DNA of 64,000 bases from Faecousia sp. (GTDB taxonomy: Bacteria > Bacillota > Clostridia > Oscillospirales > Oscillospiraceae): contig JBNMIH010000003.1 in NCBI GenBank assembly GCA_050873165.1, forward strand, positions 34,334-98,333. Reading direction: 5' to 3'. The notes beneath the pieces are model-generated. The model had not been told where the DNA came from. It made no database searches and saw only the letters and a list, made by a program, of their open reading frames with translations. This document shows, piece after piece, positions 16,757-26,972 of the stretch (position 1 is its first letter; the number at the start of each line of letters is the position of its first letter). Made by a program: the position numbers and the translations under genes.

Positions 16757-19426
16757 TCACTCTTCCCGGATGTTTTCGATGACGCTGCGGCCGACCAATC
16801 GGCGCAGGGCTTTTCTCAGCAGGAAATCATTGACAACAATGATAGCAGCTGTGACGCAGAGCACAGGAAGAAGTGTCCAGAAAAGGGGCGCATCGAAGTT
16901 TAGCCATTGCAATTCAATCGGAAAAAAGCTTGGGGAGAGGTCAATCAGATAGAGGACCAAGGCCAGCAGGCTTCCTATGCAGGCGGAAATAGTAATTTGG
17001 CGGCGGTAAGATTCTCTTAACGTCTTTTCGTCACAGCCTACGGAACGCAGAATGCCGATGGTCCGTGTTTCGGCGTGGAGCTGGCGGCGGATATCTCCTT
17101 GAATCTGCATCGTAGTCAGCAGGAAGAGCATGACGCACAGACCGCCCCGGAAGAAGGCGTGGCGTGTTTCGGTGCCTGTGAAGGCCTCGTTCAGGCCGGT
17201 GTTGTCTTCTGCCCGGAGATGATCTTCCCGACAGGCCAGACGCTGTAAGAAATCCCAGACAGCTTCTTTTTGTGCGGATGAAACATCAGGAATTAGATCA
17301 ATGGTGATTTTCTGGGTATTATCGCAGCGAAGGCCAAGATTTTGAAGTCCCTGAGGGGTGGTGAAGACGGCTCCGTTGCGGAAGCTGTATTTTCCACAGG
17401 AGAGGACGCCGCAGACGGTGGGATCGGCACTGCGTTTTTCCGCCTGGGAGAAGGGAAAGTATCCCACAGCTCCATTCCAGAAGAGCGGGTCATAGGTGTT
17501 TTCTTGCAGGCACAGTTGGACAAGAGGAAGGGTGTCTCCGGTGCGGACCTGGTCGTTTCGGATGGTTTGGACAGTGTCCGGGCTGGAAACCGTTGATAAG
17601 CCGGAGATGCCATTTGTGCTCTGCTCTCGATAATAGGTAGGCAGATCGACCAGGACTGCGTTCCCTTGATCTATAGCATCCAGGTCAATAGTTCCGGAGA
17701 CCAGGTAGGATTCCAGCTGTGTTACATCGCCCAGGACCACCAACTGAAGGTCAAAGGGAATCAGGTCGGTTTGAAGCTGCTGTTGAAGGACCTGATAGAC
17801 CCTGGAGGAGCGCTGATAGGTGGGATTGGTTTCCAGGTTTTCCTTTTGTTCTTCTGTAAGAAGCTCCGGACGGTAGGAGAACAGGTGTCGGTTTCCCAGA
17901 TTCAGCAGGGGATAGTAGGACCCCACATAATCCGTCAAGGCAATCACATCCGTCATCCAGTATCCGGAAGCCTTTTCCACGCCGGGCATGGCCTCCAGCT
18001 GGGACAGCACATCGGGGGATAGATGGTCGATCCGTTTCGGCGTGAAATAGCCGGTTTCCAGGGAATAATAGTCAGTGCGCAGTTCCATATCTGCGTATCC
18101 CATGGTATGTAAATCCGGCATGCTATAGATGGAGGCGGAAAAATAGGGGGAGAAGGCAATGGCAGATAAGCAGAAAAGACTCACTAGTATGACGGTACAG
18201 AGGCTGCGGAAGGGATGAAACCGGACTTTCCGTTGGTTCCACAGTGCGGGAAGCCGGAAATTCTGATGGGTCCGCACAGGAAGCAGAGGGCGAAGAGGCT
18301 TCGACGTGGGCCGGTACACCAGTCCCGGCAGCCTTGCCGCAACCCACACCAGGCCGCAGGATAACGCCACCCCCGCCAGTACCCACCGGAACCTTGGCGC
18401 GCAGGGCAGACTCTCCGGGAAAATACGCCGCAGCACTTCCACAAACCCCAGCGCGCAGAGGCTCCCCGCAGGGGCTGTCAGCAGGGTCAGAAGAACAGCT
18501 TCCCGGCTGCTGATGGCCCGAATCTGCCGGCGAGTGGCCCCGATGGTCCGCAGCATCCGGTATTGCTCCTCTTTGCGGTAAAACTGGCCGGATACGGCAC
18601 TGAGAATGCCGAGCAGTGAACCCAGCAGCAGGGCGGAGCCCGCCAGGATCAGGGAAGAGCCCATGTTGATCTGCTCTTTTAGGGCAGACCAGGGACCGAA
18701 GAAGGGGTGGTCCTCATAGATTGCTCCGGCGCTGTCGATGCCCAGAAAGGTGCCCTCTGGGTAAGCGGCCCGACAGTTTTCCAGGCTCCCGCCCAGGGGA
18801 AAGGTAAAGACAATGTGGCGGCAAACGGGGGCGAAGTCCTCCTGGGAGCCCAGCAGCACCTCCGGCAGTCCCATGGCTTCCTGAGGAAGGTAGTCTTCCA
18901 GTTCGGAATCCCCTTGGAACTGGGGCTGCAATACCCCTACCAGCCGGTATTCCTTCTGCCGGGTCTGGCCGCTGCCGTCGGTGATGGGCAGCACCAGGGT
19001 GTCCCCGATTCTGGCATCCCGGAACAGCCGCTCCAGGACCTTTCGGTCCATGGCGGCCTCTCCGGCCTCCAGAGGCAGTCGGCCCTCCAGGCACCGCCGG
19101 GACAGAAGAGACCGGGCAGCGTCGTCGTAGCAGCCCACCGGGAAATTCCGAAGGGTCCCTACCAGGGTGATGGCCCCGGCCTCTTTCGCAAGGCCTTCGT
19201 TTTGCAGGCCCTCCGGTGTGGCTTCGGCGGAGAAGTAGAGAGCGTCCTCCCGGCCGTATTCCGCGGCGGTCTCGGTCTCGGAGCGCTGGAAGAGAATGTC
19301 CAGGCCTAAGAGCGTCCCTACGGTGAAAAACACCGCCAGGAAGACCCCGACGCAGAGTAGCACATAGTCCTTCCAGTTGGTCCGGAGGCCGGAGAAGGCA
19401 AGGTGATTCAGGGTTAGTTTTTTCAT
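16757..19426 (-). CDS. FtsX/MacB-like ABC permease (paralog 3)
   Basis: Two FtsX modules (LRTIGATRRQI; IGILRSVG) with large extracytoplasmic loops. Confidence 0.85.
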   Translation of the reverse strand: MKKLTLNHLAFSGLRTNWKDYVLLCVGVFLAVFFTVGTLLGLDILFQRSETETAAEYGREDALYFSAEATPEGLQNEGLAKEAGAITLVGTLRNFPVGCYDDAARSLLSRRCLEGRLPLEAGEAAMDRKVLERLFRDARIGDTLVLPITDGSGQTRQKEYRLVGVLQPQFQGDSELEDYLPQEAMGLPEVLLGSQEDFAPVCRHIVFTFPLGGSLENCRAAYPEGTFLGIDSAGAIYEDHPFFGPWSALKEQINMGSSLILAGSALLLGSLLGILSAVSGQFYRKEEQYRMLRTIGATRRQIRAISSREAVLLTLLTAPAGSLCALGFVEVLRRIFPESLPCAPRFRWVLAGVALSCGLVWVAARLPGLVYRPTSKPLRPLLPVRTHQNFRLPALWNQRKVRFHPFRSLCTVILVSLFCLSAIAFSPYFSASIYSMPDLHTMGYADMELRTDYYSLETGYFTPKRIDHLSPDVLSQLEAMPGVEKASGYWMTDVIALTDYVGSYYPLLNLGNRHLFSYRPELLTEEQKENLETNPTYQRSSRVYQVLQQQLQTDLIPFDLQLVVLGDVTQLESYLVSGTIDLDAIDQGNAVLVDLPTYYREQSTNGISGLSTVSSPDTVQTIRNDQVRTGDTLPLVQLCLQENTYDPLFWNGAVGYFPFSQAEKRSADPTVCGVLSCGKYSFRNGAVFTTPQGLQNLGLRCDNTQKITIDLIPDVSSAQKEAVWDFLQRLACREDHLRAEDNTGLNEAFTGTETRHAFFRGGLCVMLFLLTTMQIQGDIRRQLHAETRTIGILRSVGCDEKTLRESYRRQITISACIGSLLALVLYLIDLSPSFFPIELQWLNFDAPLFWTLLPVLCVTAAIIVVNDFLLRKALRRLVGRSVIENIREE

Positions 19427-22011
19427 GGTGTTTCTCCAATCGCTAAGCATTGTTGAAGAGCATGGGTTAATCCCACCAGACAAAGCGCGGCTCCGAGTAT
19501 GCTGGAAATACCGCTGAAAATCAGGAAATCCTTCAGGCCCCAGAAGCTGGTGCGGCCCATGAGCAGCAGTTCCGCCGCAATGGATGCCGGAAAGCCAACC
19601 AGGAAGATATAGAGGATTTCCCGCCGCCAGATGGCGGCCTGGTCCTTGCCTTCACAGCCCAGGGACCAGAGAATGCGGACCGTGTCGGCATTGGCCTGCA
19701 TATCCCGGGCACGGCTGCCCCGGAGCAGCGTTACGGTGCTGGCCAGGAAGGCGACTGTCAGGCTGCCCAGGAACAGGGTGTACAGGGCAAAACTTTTGCG
19801 GGCGCTTCGCAGAGACTCCGGCATGTTGGTCAGCTGGTATTCCTCGTCCTGACCCAGAATGGCCTTGATTTGCATCTCCAGGACCTGGTCGGATACGCTG
19901 CCGTCCATCTGAAAGGTCAGATGCTGGACAGACCCCGGGTCGAAGCCGAGGGATTCGGCTCCTTTGGCGGTGGTGACAATGGAGGTGGCGTCCCAACTGC
20001 CCCAGACGCCGTCGGAAAGCTCCGTCAGAATGCCGCCGATCTGGGTCTCACAGGTGACAGCCTGGGCATCCTTCAGTTTGGTATTTAAAGTGAACCAGGG
20101 GTCCGGGCGAATCTGGGCAAGGGTCAACTCCGCGCCCAATAAGAATTGGTCGTTTCTCACCAGGCGGTCGTAGTTTTGGATGGGGTCCGTAGAGCGGGCG
20201 TAGGAGTAGCTGTGTTCGCCCCGCTCGCTCTTTACATAGTAGTCCGGAGCCAGGACCAGGACGGACCGGCCGGAATCCAGGGCCTCTTGGTCGATGGTTC
20301 CTTTCTGGAGGAAGGGAGCCAGGGACTGGGCATCCTCCACGGTAAAGAGGTATAAAGAGATGGAAATTTTGTCCGTGCCCAGAAATTTCTCGATTTGCCT
20401 GTGGGTGCCCACATCGCCCTGGATGTAGGTATCCGGCACGTCATAGACCCAGTCGCCGGTCAGATCCGGGCGATAGGTCCGCAGGTGATAATTGTTCATC
20501 CCCAGGGAGGGCAGATAATCCCCTACGGTATCCGTCAGGGCGTAAATGGGGGCGCAGCGGCTGACGGTTATCTTGGAAATGCCAGGCAGCGTATTGAGTG
20601 AACGCAGCTTCTCTTCGGTCAGGCTGCTTTCCCGGCCGGGGAGGATGTGCTCCGCCGAAAAGGAGGGGGCGGCTTCATAGCGCCGCAGAGTGTCCACTTT
20701 CTCCCGGCCGCTGATGAAAAACAGGGTGGCGGTCACATTCAGAAGCACCACCAGGATCACGGAGCCGAGGAAACGGAAGGGGTGCTGCCGGAGATTCCTC
20801 AGTGCCAGGAGCCGGGCAGGGACGAATTGCTTTTGGGAGCGCCGCGGGGCCTTCCTTTTCATGGCCGGAGTGCCTCTCCGGAGCGCCCAAAGGGCGGGCA
20901 GAGAGGCGGCAACCCAGACCAGGAGAAAGGCGGCCAAGATGCTGCCCAAAACCAGTCTGGGTGGCAGGAAACAGGACGTGTCTTCCGGCAAAAGCCGACA
21001 GCACAGCCTCACAAACCCCAGAGCGCAGAGGGCAGCCCCGGGAGAAAGCACCAGGGCCAAAAGTATGGCCTCCCGGCGGCTGACGGCCCGAATCTGGGCC
21101 CGGGTGGCCCCCACAGCCTGTAGGAGCCGATACTGCCGTTCCTTCCGGACAAATTGGCCGGAGGCGGCATCGAAAATGCCAATCATGGCTGCCAGCAGCA
21201 GGGCCCCTCCGGCCAGAAGCACCGGGGACATGTATTCCAGGCTCAGGAGCTTTTTCAGGGTGACGCCGCCGTTCCCGTCTCCCGGTCGGAAGGGGGTGCC
21301 TAAAAAGTCGATGCCCACCAGGTTGGAATAGGGCAGCCGGGTGAAAAGGGCTTCGATGGAGCTGTGAGGGACCAGGGTGAAGACATATTCTCGCTCCTGA
21401 CGACAGTCCTGAAATTCCGGAGCGTCCCGGCAGACGAGAATGTCGGGAATGCAGCCCAGGGAATCCGACAACAGGGAAAGGGTATCCCAGTCGGAGACTG
21501 TGGAGTATGCGCCAGAACGAAAAACACCGGAAAGGACAAACTCCCGGCTGGGGCTGCTGTCGGCCAGCTGGAGGGTCACAGTGTCCCCTGGGGCAGCCTC
21601 GGGGCAGAGGGCACCCCAGGCCTTTTCGTTCAGAGCTACTTCATTTGACCTCTGGGGCATGCCGCCGGAGAGAAACGAACGCTGTAAAATAGACTCCGCT
21701 TCCTCGTCAAAGAAACCAAAACGGAAGTCGTCGGAGGTGCCCAGAATGGAAACGGTGCCGACCCGGGAGACCATCCCGGTGCCCAGCAGAGTGTCCGGCT
21801 CCAGGACCTGAACACGGTAGAAAAGGCCGTCGGCCTGGCCGAAGCGAATCCGCCGAACTTCCGTCCGTTTTTCCCAGATCGTCCACAGTCCCAGGGCCGT
21901 CCCTACCGCCAGAAACACCGCCAGGAAGATCCCCAATGCCATCTGCCGGTATTCCTTCCCATTGGCCCGGAGGCCGGAGAGGGCCAGGCGGTTTAGCGTC
22001 AGCTTTTTCAT
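19423..22011 (-). CDS. FtsX/MacB-like ABC permease (paralog 2)
   Basis: LQAVGATRAQI, ILWSLG; ATGA overlaps with neighbours. Confidence 0.85.
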   Translation of the reverse strand: MKKLTLNRLALSGLRANGKEYRQMALGIFLAVFLAVGTALGLWTIWEKRTEVRRIRFGQADGLFYRVQVLEPDTLLGTGMVSRVGTVSILGTSDDFRFGFFDEEAESILQRSFLSGGMPQRSNEVALNEKAWGALCPEAAPGDTVTLQLADSSPSREFVLSGVFRSGAYSTVSDWDTLSLLSDSLGCIPDILVCRDAPEFQDCRQEREYVFTLVPHSSIEALFTRLPYSNLVGIDFLGTPFRPGDGNGGVTLKKLLSLEYMSPVLLAGGALLLAAMIGIFDAASGQFVRKERQYRLLQAVGATRAQIRAVSRREAILLALVLSPGAALCALGFVRLCCRLLPEDTSCFLPPRLVLGSILAAFLLVWVAASLPALWALRRGTPAMKRKAPRRSQKQFVPARLLALRNLRQHPFRFLGSVILVVLLNVTATLFFISGREKVDTLRRYEAAPSFSAEHILPGRESSLTEEKLRSLNTLPGISKITVSRCAPIYALTDTVGDYLPSLGMNNYHLRTYRPDLTGDWVYDVPDTYIQGDVGTHRQIEKFLGTDKISISLYLFTVEDAQSLAPFLQKGTIDQEALDSGRSVLVLAPDYYVKSERGEHSYSYARSTDPIQNYDRLVRNDQFLLGAELTLAQIRPDPWFTLNTKLKDAQAVTCETQIGGILTELSDGVWGSWDATSIVTTAKGAESLGFDPGSVQHLTFQMDGSVSDQVLEMQIKAILGQDEEYQLTNMPESLRSARKSFALYTLFLGSLTVAFLASTVTLLRGSRARDMQANADTVRILWSLGCEGKDQAAIWRREILYIFLVGFPASIAAELLLMGRTSFWGLKDFLIFSGISSILGAALCLVGLTHALQQCLAIGETP

Positions 22012-24596
22012 GATTCGGATATCCTCCTTTCCCCTAGGTGATGGTCCAGCCCCACCAGGCACAGTCCGGCACAGAGGAGGCTGGAAAGCACACAGAAAAT
22101 CAGGCAGTTCCTCAGGGTCCACCAGAAGGTGAAGGAATCCATCAGCAGCATTGCCGTGACGACCGATATCGGGAAGGCGGCCAGAAAGATGACGACTATC
22201 TCCCGCCGCCAGATGGCGGCTTGGTCCTTGCCCTCGCAGCCCAGGGACCAGAGGATGCGGATGGTGTCGGCCTGGGCCTGCATATCCCGAATGCAGCTGC
22301 CCCGGAGCATAATGACGGTGCAGGAAAGAAGGGCCAGCGCCAGACTGCCCAGGAGCAGCAGCGCGGCGGCGCTGTTTTTACGGACATTCCGCAGATGGGC
22401 GGCGTTGTTGTCCAGGCTGTAGTGATCCTCGCCCAGAATGTAGTTGATCTGGGGCTCCAGGACGCTGTCCGGAACGGTGCCGTCCAGTTCTATTTCCAGA
22501 TGTTCGACAGAACCGGCGTCCAGCCCCAGGTTTGCGGCCCCTTGAGCGGTGGTGATGATAGATGGCGCGGACCAGATGGAATTGTAGTATGTCTGAAAGG
22601 CTCCAATGATGCCGCAGATCTTGGCGCTGGCTTCGGAAATGACGGTTTCTTGGTTCTTTTTGGCAAAGGGGATGTAGCCGTCCGGGTCCGGGTCTACTTG
22701 GGCCATGGCCTGGACAGAGCCCAGAAGGAACTGGTCGTTGTGGGCAATTGTGGTGTAGCCGCTCGGTTCCTGCCAGGACGGGTCTGTGAAAACACTGCGG
22801 CCATAGGGGCCGTACTGGATGTAGTAGTCCGGGGCGTAAATCAGGACCGCCTCGCCATTGTTGATTTTCTCTTCGTCGATGGTCCCCTCCAGCAGGTAGG
22901 GGGCAAAGAAGGAGAGGTCCTCCACCGTCAGAAGGTAAGTTTCGATGACGGCCTGGTCCGTGTTTAGAATGGATTGGATTTTGGATTGATGCTCCAGAGC
23001 TATTTTTGCGGACAGTACGTCGTTGTCGGCATCAACGTAGGGGCCATAGTCGAGTTCCGGGTGATAGGTCTGGAGGTGGGGATTGGTGATCTGGAGCAGA
23101 GGATAATAGGTCCCTACCGTATCTGCCAAGGCGTAGGTTTTGGCGCAGCGGCGGACATGGACCGAGGCGATGCCGGGGAGGGCCCGGAGAGCCTCCAGCG
23201 CCTCGTCCCCAATGCCGTCATAGGAGCCGGGGGAGTGCTGCTGGGCAACAAAGTCCTGGGCATCCCGGAGGGAATTTACGATCCTTACGTTTTGCAGGGA
23301 GGTGTCCCCCAGAAACGCTGTGGTCACATTCAGCAGCACCACCAGGGCGATGCAGCCGAAGACGCGGAAGGGATGGCTCCTGAGATTCCGCCGGGCCAGC
23401 AGCCGGGCGGGGACAAAGCCCTTCTTGGAGGCAGGCCGCACCCTCTTTTGGGTGGGAGCCTTTTCTTTCAGCACACCGCCCCGGAAGGACCAGAAGACCG
23501 GCATGGAGGAAGCGGCCCATACCAGCAGCAAGGAAAGAACCAGGCTGCCGAAGAGCAGGGGTGCGGGAAGCGCGAAGGCGGCCTCTCCCGGGAGCAGCCT
23601 ACAGCACAGCTTTACAAACCCGATGGCGCACAGCGCCGCCCAGGGGGTCAGCAGGAGAGCCAGCAGCATGGTCTCCCGGCGGCTGACAGCTCCAATTTGG
23701 CGGCGGGTAGCCCCAAGGGCCCGCAGGAGCCGGTATTGCTTTTGTTTCCGGGCAAACTGGCCGGAGGCGGCGTCGAAAATGCCGATCATGGCTGCCAGCA
23801 GCAGGGCTCCACCAGCCAGAAGCAACGGGGGCGTGTACTCCAGCCCCAGCAGAGCCGACAGGGGAGAAGCCGCTGTGGTTTCCTTTGGGCTGTAGAGATC
23901 GCCCAGGGCATCAATGCCGACCATGGTTGTGAAGGAAAAACGGGCGTAGAGATTCTGCATGGTGCCTTTGGAGGACGAGGTAAATACATAGGATCGCTCT
24001 TTGCTCCATTCCGGAAAATCCGGGTCGTTCCGGTAAACGAGGATGTCCGGCAGCCACTGCTCGGCATCGGTCAGAGTGCTCCTGATATGGGACCGGAAAA
24101 TGCCGGACAGAACAAAGCTGCGTTCCTGACGGCTGGCAGTTCTGGGGACCAGCTCCAGGGTGATGGTGTCCCCAACCACCGCATTGGGACATAGGGTATC
24201 CCGGGCGGTTTCGTCCAAAGCGATTTCGTTTGGGGCCTGGGGCATACCGCCGGAGAGAAATTGACGCTGTAAAATTGCTTCCGCTTCCTCGTCGTAGTAC
24301 CCGAACCGGACCCCGCCGGCGGTGCCCAGCACGGAAATAGTGCCAAGGTTTGAGATATAGCCGGACCGTGTCAGCAGCTCCGGGTCCAGGATCTGAGAGC
24401 GGAACAAAAATCCGTCGGCGGAACCAAAGCGGGTGCGCCGAATTTCCGCCTTCTTTTCCCACATGGCCCAGATCCCCAGCACCGTCCCCACCGCCAGAAA
24501 TACCGCCAGGAAGATCCCCAATGCCATCTGCCGGTACTCCTTCCGGTTGGCCCGAAGGCCCGCCAGGGCCAACCGGTTTATGGTGAGGCCTTTCAT
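22008..24596 (-). CDS. FtsX/MacB-like ABC permease (paralog 1)
   Basis: LRALGATRRQI, ILWSLG; ATGA overlaps with neighbours. Confidence 0.85.
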   Translation of the reverse strand: MKGLTINRLALAGLRANRKEYRQMALGIFLAVFLAVGTVLGIWAMWEKKAEIRRTRFGSADGFLFRSQILDPELLTRSGYISNLGTISVLGTAGGVRFGYYDEEAEAILQRQFLSGGMPQAPNEIALDETARDTLCPNAVVGDTITLELVPRTASRQERSFVLSGIFRSHIRSTLTDAEQWLPDILVYRNDPDFPEWSKERSYVFTSSSKGTMQNLYARFSFTTMVGIDALGDLYSPKETTAASPLSALLGLEYTPPLLLAGGALLLAAMIGIFDAASGQFARKQKQYRLLRALGATRRQIGAVSRRETMLLALLLTPWAALCAIGFVKLCCRLLPGEAAFALPAPLLFGSLVLSLLLVWAASSMPVFWSFRGGVLKEKAPTQKRVRPASKKGFVPARLLARRNLRSHPFRVFGCIALVVLLNVTTAFLGDTSLQNVRIVNSLRDAQDFVAQQHSPGSYDGIGDEALEALRALPGIASVHVRRCAKTYALADTVGTYYPLLQITNPHLQTYHPELDYGPYVDADNDVLSAKIALEHQSKIQSILNTDQAVIETYLLTVEDLSFFAPYLLEGTIDEEKINNGEAVLIYAPDYYIQYGPYGRSVFTDPSWQEPSGYTTIAHNDQFLLGSVQAMAQVDPDPDGYIPFAKKNQETVISEASAKICGIIGAFQTYYNSIWSAPSIITTAQGAANLGLDAGSVEHLEIELDGTVPDSVLEPQINYILGEDHYSLDNNAAHLRNVRKNSAAALLLLGSLALALLSCTVIMLRGSCIRDMQAQADTIRILWSLGCEGKDQAAIWRREIVVIFLAAFPISVVTAMLLMDSFTFWWTLRNCLIFCVLSSLLCAGLCLVGLDHHLGERRISES

Positions 24597-25279
24597 TTTG
24601 CTGCCTCACCGGAGTCCCTTACGATTTTTCCGTCGGTCAGGTGGAGGATACGCTCCGCCTGCTCGGCAACGCCCAGGTCATGAGTCACCAGGACCAGGGT
24701 CACGCCAAGCTCCCGGTTCAGCTCCCGCAGCAGGTCCACCACCAGCCGCCCGGCCTGGCCGTCCAGGTTGCCGGTGGGCTCGTCGGCAAAGAGGATTTCC
24801 GGCTTGTTGGCCAGAGCTCTGGCAATGGCGAAGCGCTGCTGCTGGCCTCCGGACATGGCCCCCGGGAGATGGTTCAACCGTTCCCGGATGCCTAAGATGT
24901 CGATGAGCCGGTTCAGGTAGGCTTCATCCGGCTTCCGTTTGTCCAGCATCAGGGGCAGGACCATATTTTCGTAGCCCGTCAGTTCTTGCACCAGGTTGTA
25001 GCTCTGGAAGACGAAGCCAAACTGCCGCCGTCGGAGAATGGACAGGGCGTCGTCCCGGTTGGCGTAGAGGTCCTCGCCCCGGAAGAGTACCTTGCCTTCG
25101 GTAGGCCGGTCCAGCCCGCCCAGAAGGTGCAGCAAGGTGGACTTACCGGAGCCGCTGGGGCCGGTAATGGCCGTAAAGCTCCCCTGGGGGATAGAGATGG
25201 ACACGCCGTCCACAGCCTTCACGGTTTCCTCGCCCCGGCCGTAGTAGCGGTGGAGGTCTTGGGTTTCACAGATCGTCAT
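24593..25279 (-). CDS. ABC transporter ATP-binding protein (LolD/MacB-like)
   Basis: Walker A GPSGSGKST, MSGGQQQR, ADEPTGNLD. Confidence 0.95.
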   Translation of the reverse strand: MTICETQDLHRYYGRGEETVKAVDGVSISIPQGSFTAITGPSGSGKSTLLHLLGGLDRPTEGKVLFRGEDLYANRDDALSILRRRQFGFVFQSYNLVQELTGYENMVLPLMLDKRKPDEAYLNRLIDILGIRERLNHLPGAMSGGQQQRFAIARALANKPEILFADEPTGNLDGQAGRLVVDLLRELNRELGVTLVLVTHDLGVAEQAERILHLTDGKIVRDSGEAAK

Positions 25280-25312
25280 ATTTTGTCACGCTCCTTATCT
25301 TGGTATGTCCCG

Positions 25313-25356
25313 ATTGTATCAAATCTCTCTTACGTTTGCCTGACGCTAGTCTTACG
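25313..25356 (-). promoter_or_regulatory. Candidate OmpR-family binding repeats plus -10 box
   Basis: TCTTACG/CCTGACG/TCTTACG at 11-bp spacing (25328, 25339, 25350), upstream of a minus-strand TACAAT. Confidence 0.6.
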
Positions 25357-26227
25357 ATTTCGAAAGAATGGAATCCAGTTTGGGGAAATACATGGAAAAT
25401 TCCAGCCCCTCCCGGGTGTTCCGGGCGGTGATCTGGCCGTGGTGCCGCCAGATGATCTCTTTGACGATGGACAGGCCGATGCCGATGCCGGTGGTGCCCC
25501 GGCCCTTGGCCTGGTAGAACCGCTCAAAGATCAGGGGCAGGTCCCCGTCCTCCACGCCGCCGCCGTTGTCGGAGACGGCGCAGCGGACCTCCTGGGCCGT
25601 CTCCTGGAGGGTGACCCGAATTTGTCCATGGGCCTGTGTATGCTCGCAGGCATTTTTCAAAAGGTTGGTGACGGCTTCGGCCATCCAGGTCTTGTCGCAG
25701 TAGAGCTTTGCGGTGCCCGTGATTCGGAAGTCCTTCTCCGGGTACATGGGCTCTAAGGATGCCCAGCAGGCTTCCACAAGGGCCCTCAAATTCTGTGGAG
25801 CGAATTGGAAAGCGTAGCCGTCGGCGCAGAGCCGCTCCAGCCGGAGGAGGGACGAGACCAGAGTCTGCAGCTTGTCCAGGAGCTTCACTTCCTCCTCCAA
25901 GTGGTCTCCACTGTCCATCTCCACAAAGAGCCGCAGGGAGCTCAGGGGCGTTTTCAGCTGGTGGGAAATGTCCGTCAGCAGCCGGGTGCTCCGCTGGGCC
26001 TCCAGCCGGGTCTGTTCCTGGGAGAGCAGCAGCCGGTTCTGGAGCCGGGAGAGGCTGTTCTGCAGGGCGGCCAGGTCGTCTTCCTTCAAAGAGACGGCTA
26101 AAGCCTCGCCGCTCTCCAGGAACCGGTCTGTCTGCTGGGTCAGTTGGCGGATGATTTTTCTCTGGCGCAGCAGCTGATACAGCACAATGGCACAGACGGC
26201 GAATAAGAAAAGGATCAGTCCTTCCAT
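25352..26227 (-). CDS. Sensor histidine kinase (short, single N-terminal TM)
   Basis: H-box ISHQLKTPL, N-box NLLKNA, DNGGG, GIGIGL. Confidence 0.93.
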   Translation of the reverse strand: MEGLILFLFAVCAIVLYQLLRQRKIIRQLTQQTDRFLESGEALAVSLKEDDLAALQNSLSRLQNRLLLSQEQTRLEAQRSTRLLTDISHQLKTPLSSLRLFVEMDSGDHLEEEVKLLDKLQTLVSSLLRLERLCADGYAFQFAPQNLRALVEACWASLEPMYPEKDFRITGTAKLYCDKTWMAEAVTNLLKNACEHTQAHGQIRVTLQETAQEVRCAVSDNGGGVEDGDLPLIFERFYQAKGRGTTGIGIGLSIVKEIIWRHHGQITARNTREGLEFSMYFPKLDSILSKS

Positions 26228-26868
26228 TGATACCCCACCCCCCGAACGGTCACAATATGTTCTTTCCCAATTTTCTCCCGCAGGCGGCTCATGTGGACGG
26301 ACAGGGTGTTGTCATCCACATAATTTCCGCCGCAGTCCCATAGAGCGCCCAAAAGGACATCCCGGGTCACCACACCCTTCTGGTCCAGCAGGGACAGCAG
26401 CAGCCGGTACTCCGTGGGGGTCAGGGACAGGGCGGCACCGTCCCGGGTGACGCTCATCCGGTTCCGGTCGATTTCCAGGGACCCTACCCGGAAGGGCAGC
26501 TCCCCCTCCCGCCGCAGCAGTACCCGGATGCGGCTTAATAGCTCCTGGATCCGGAAGGGCTTGGTCACATAGTCGTTCCCTCCGGCGTCCAGTCCCCGGA
26601 CAATGTCAAATTCCTCGTCCCGGGCGGTGAGAAACAGAATGGGCGTCCGGTTTCCGGAAGCGCGCAGCTCCTGGCAGAATGCTACCCCGTTGCCGTCCGG
26701 CAGGGTCACGTCTAAGATCAAAAGATCAAAGGGCTTGTCCTTCAGCGCTTCTTGGGCCGATGCTATGCAGTCCGCCGCCTGGGCGGCATAGCCGTTCTTC
26801 CCCATGAGTTCTAATAGGCCTTGGGAGAGGTAGCGGTCGTCTTCGATAATCAAAATCCGGCTGTTCAT
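26215..26868 (-). CDS. OmpR-family response regulator
   Basis: IIEDD, LDVTLPDGNG, KPF, winged-helix end TVRGVGY. Confidence 0.95.
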   Translation of the reverse strand: MNSRILIIEDDRYLSQGLLELMGKNGYAAQAADCIASAQEALKDKPFDLLILDVTLPDGNGVAFCQELRASGNRTPILFLTARDEEFDIVRGLDAGGNDYVTKPFRIQELLSRIRVLLRREGELPFRVGSLEIDRNRMSVTRDGAALSLTPTEYRLLLSLLDQKGVVTRDVLLGALWDCGGNYVDDNTLSVHMSRLREKIGKEHIVTVRGVGYQWKD

Positions 26869-26972
26869 GGGAATACCTCACTTTCATAAATACACTATAT
26901 CATAAATCCGCAAAAATAGCCTTTCTTTTTCGTAAGAAAAACCTCCCGCATTTCTACAGGAGGAAAAGAGAA

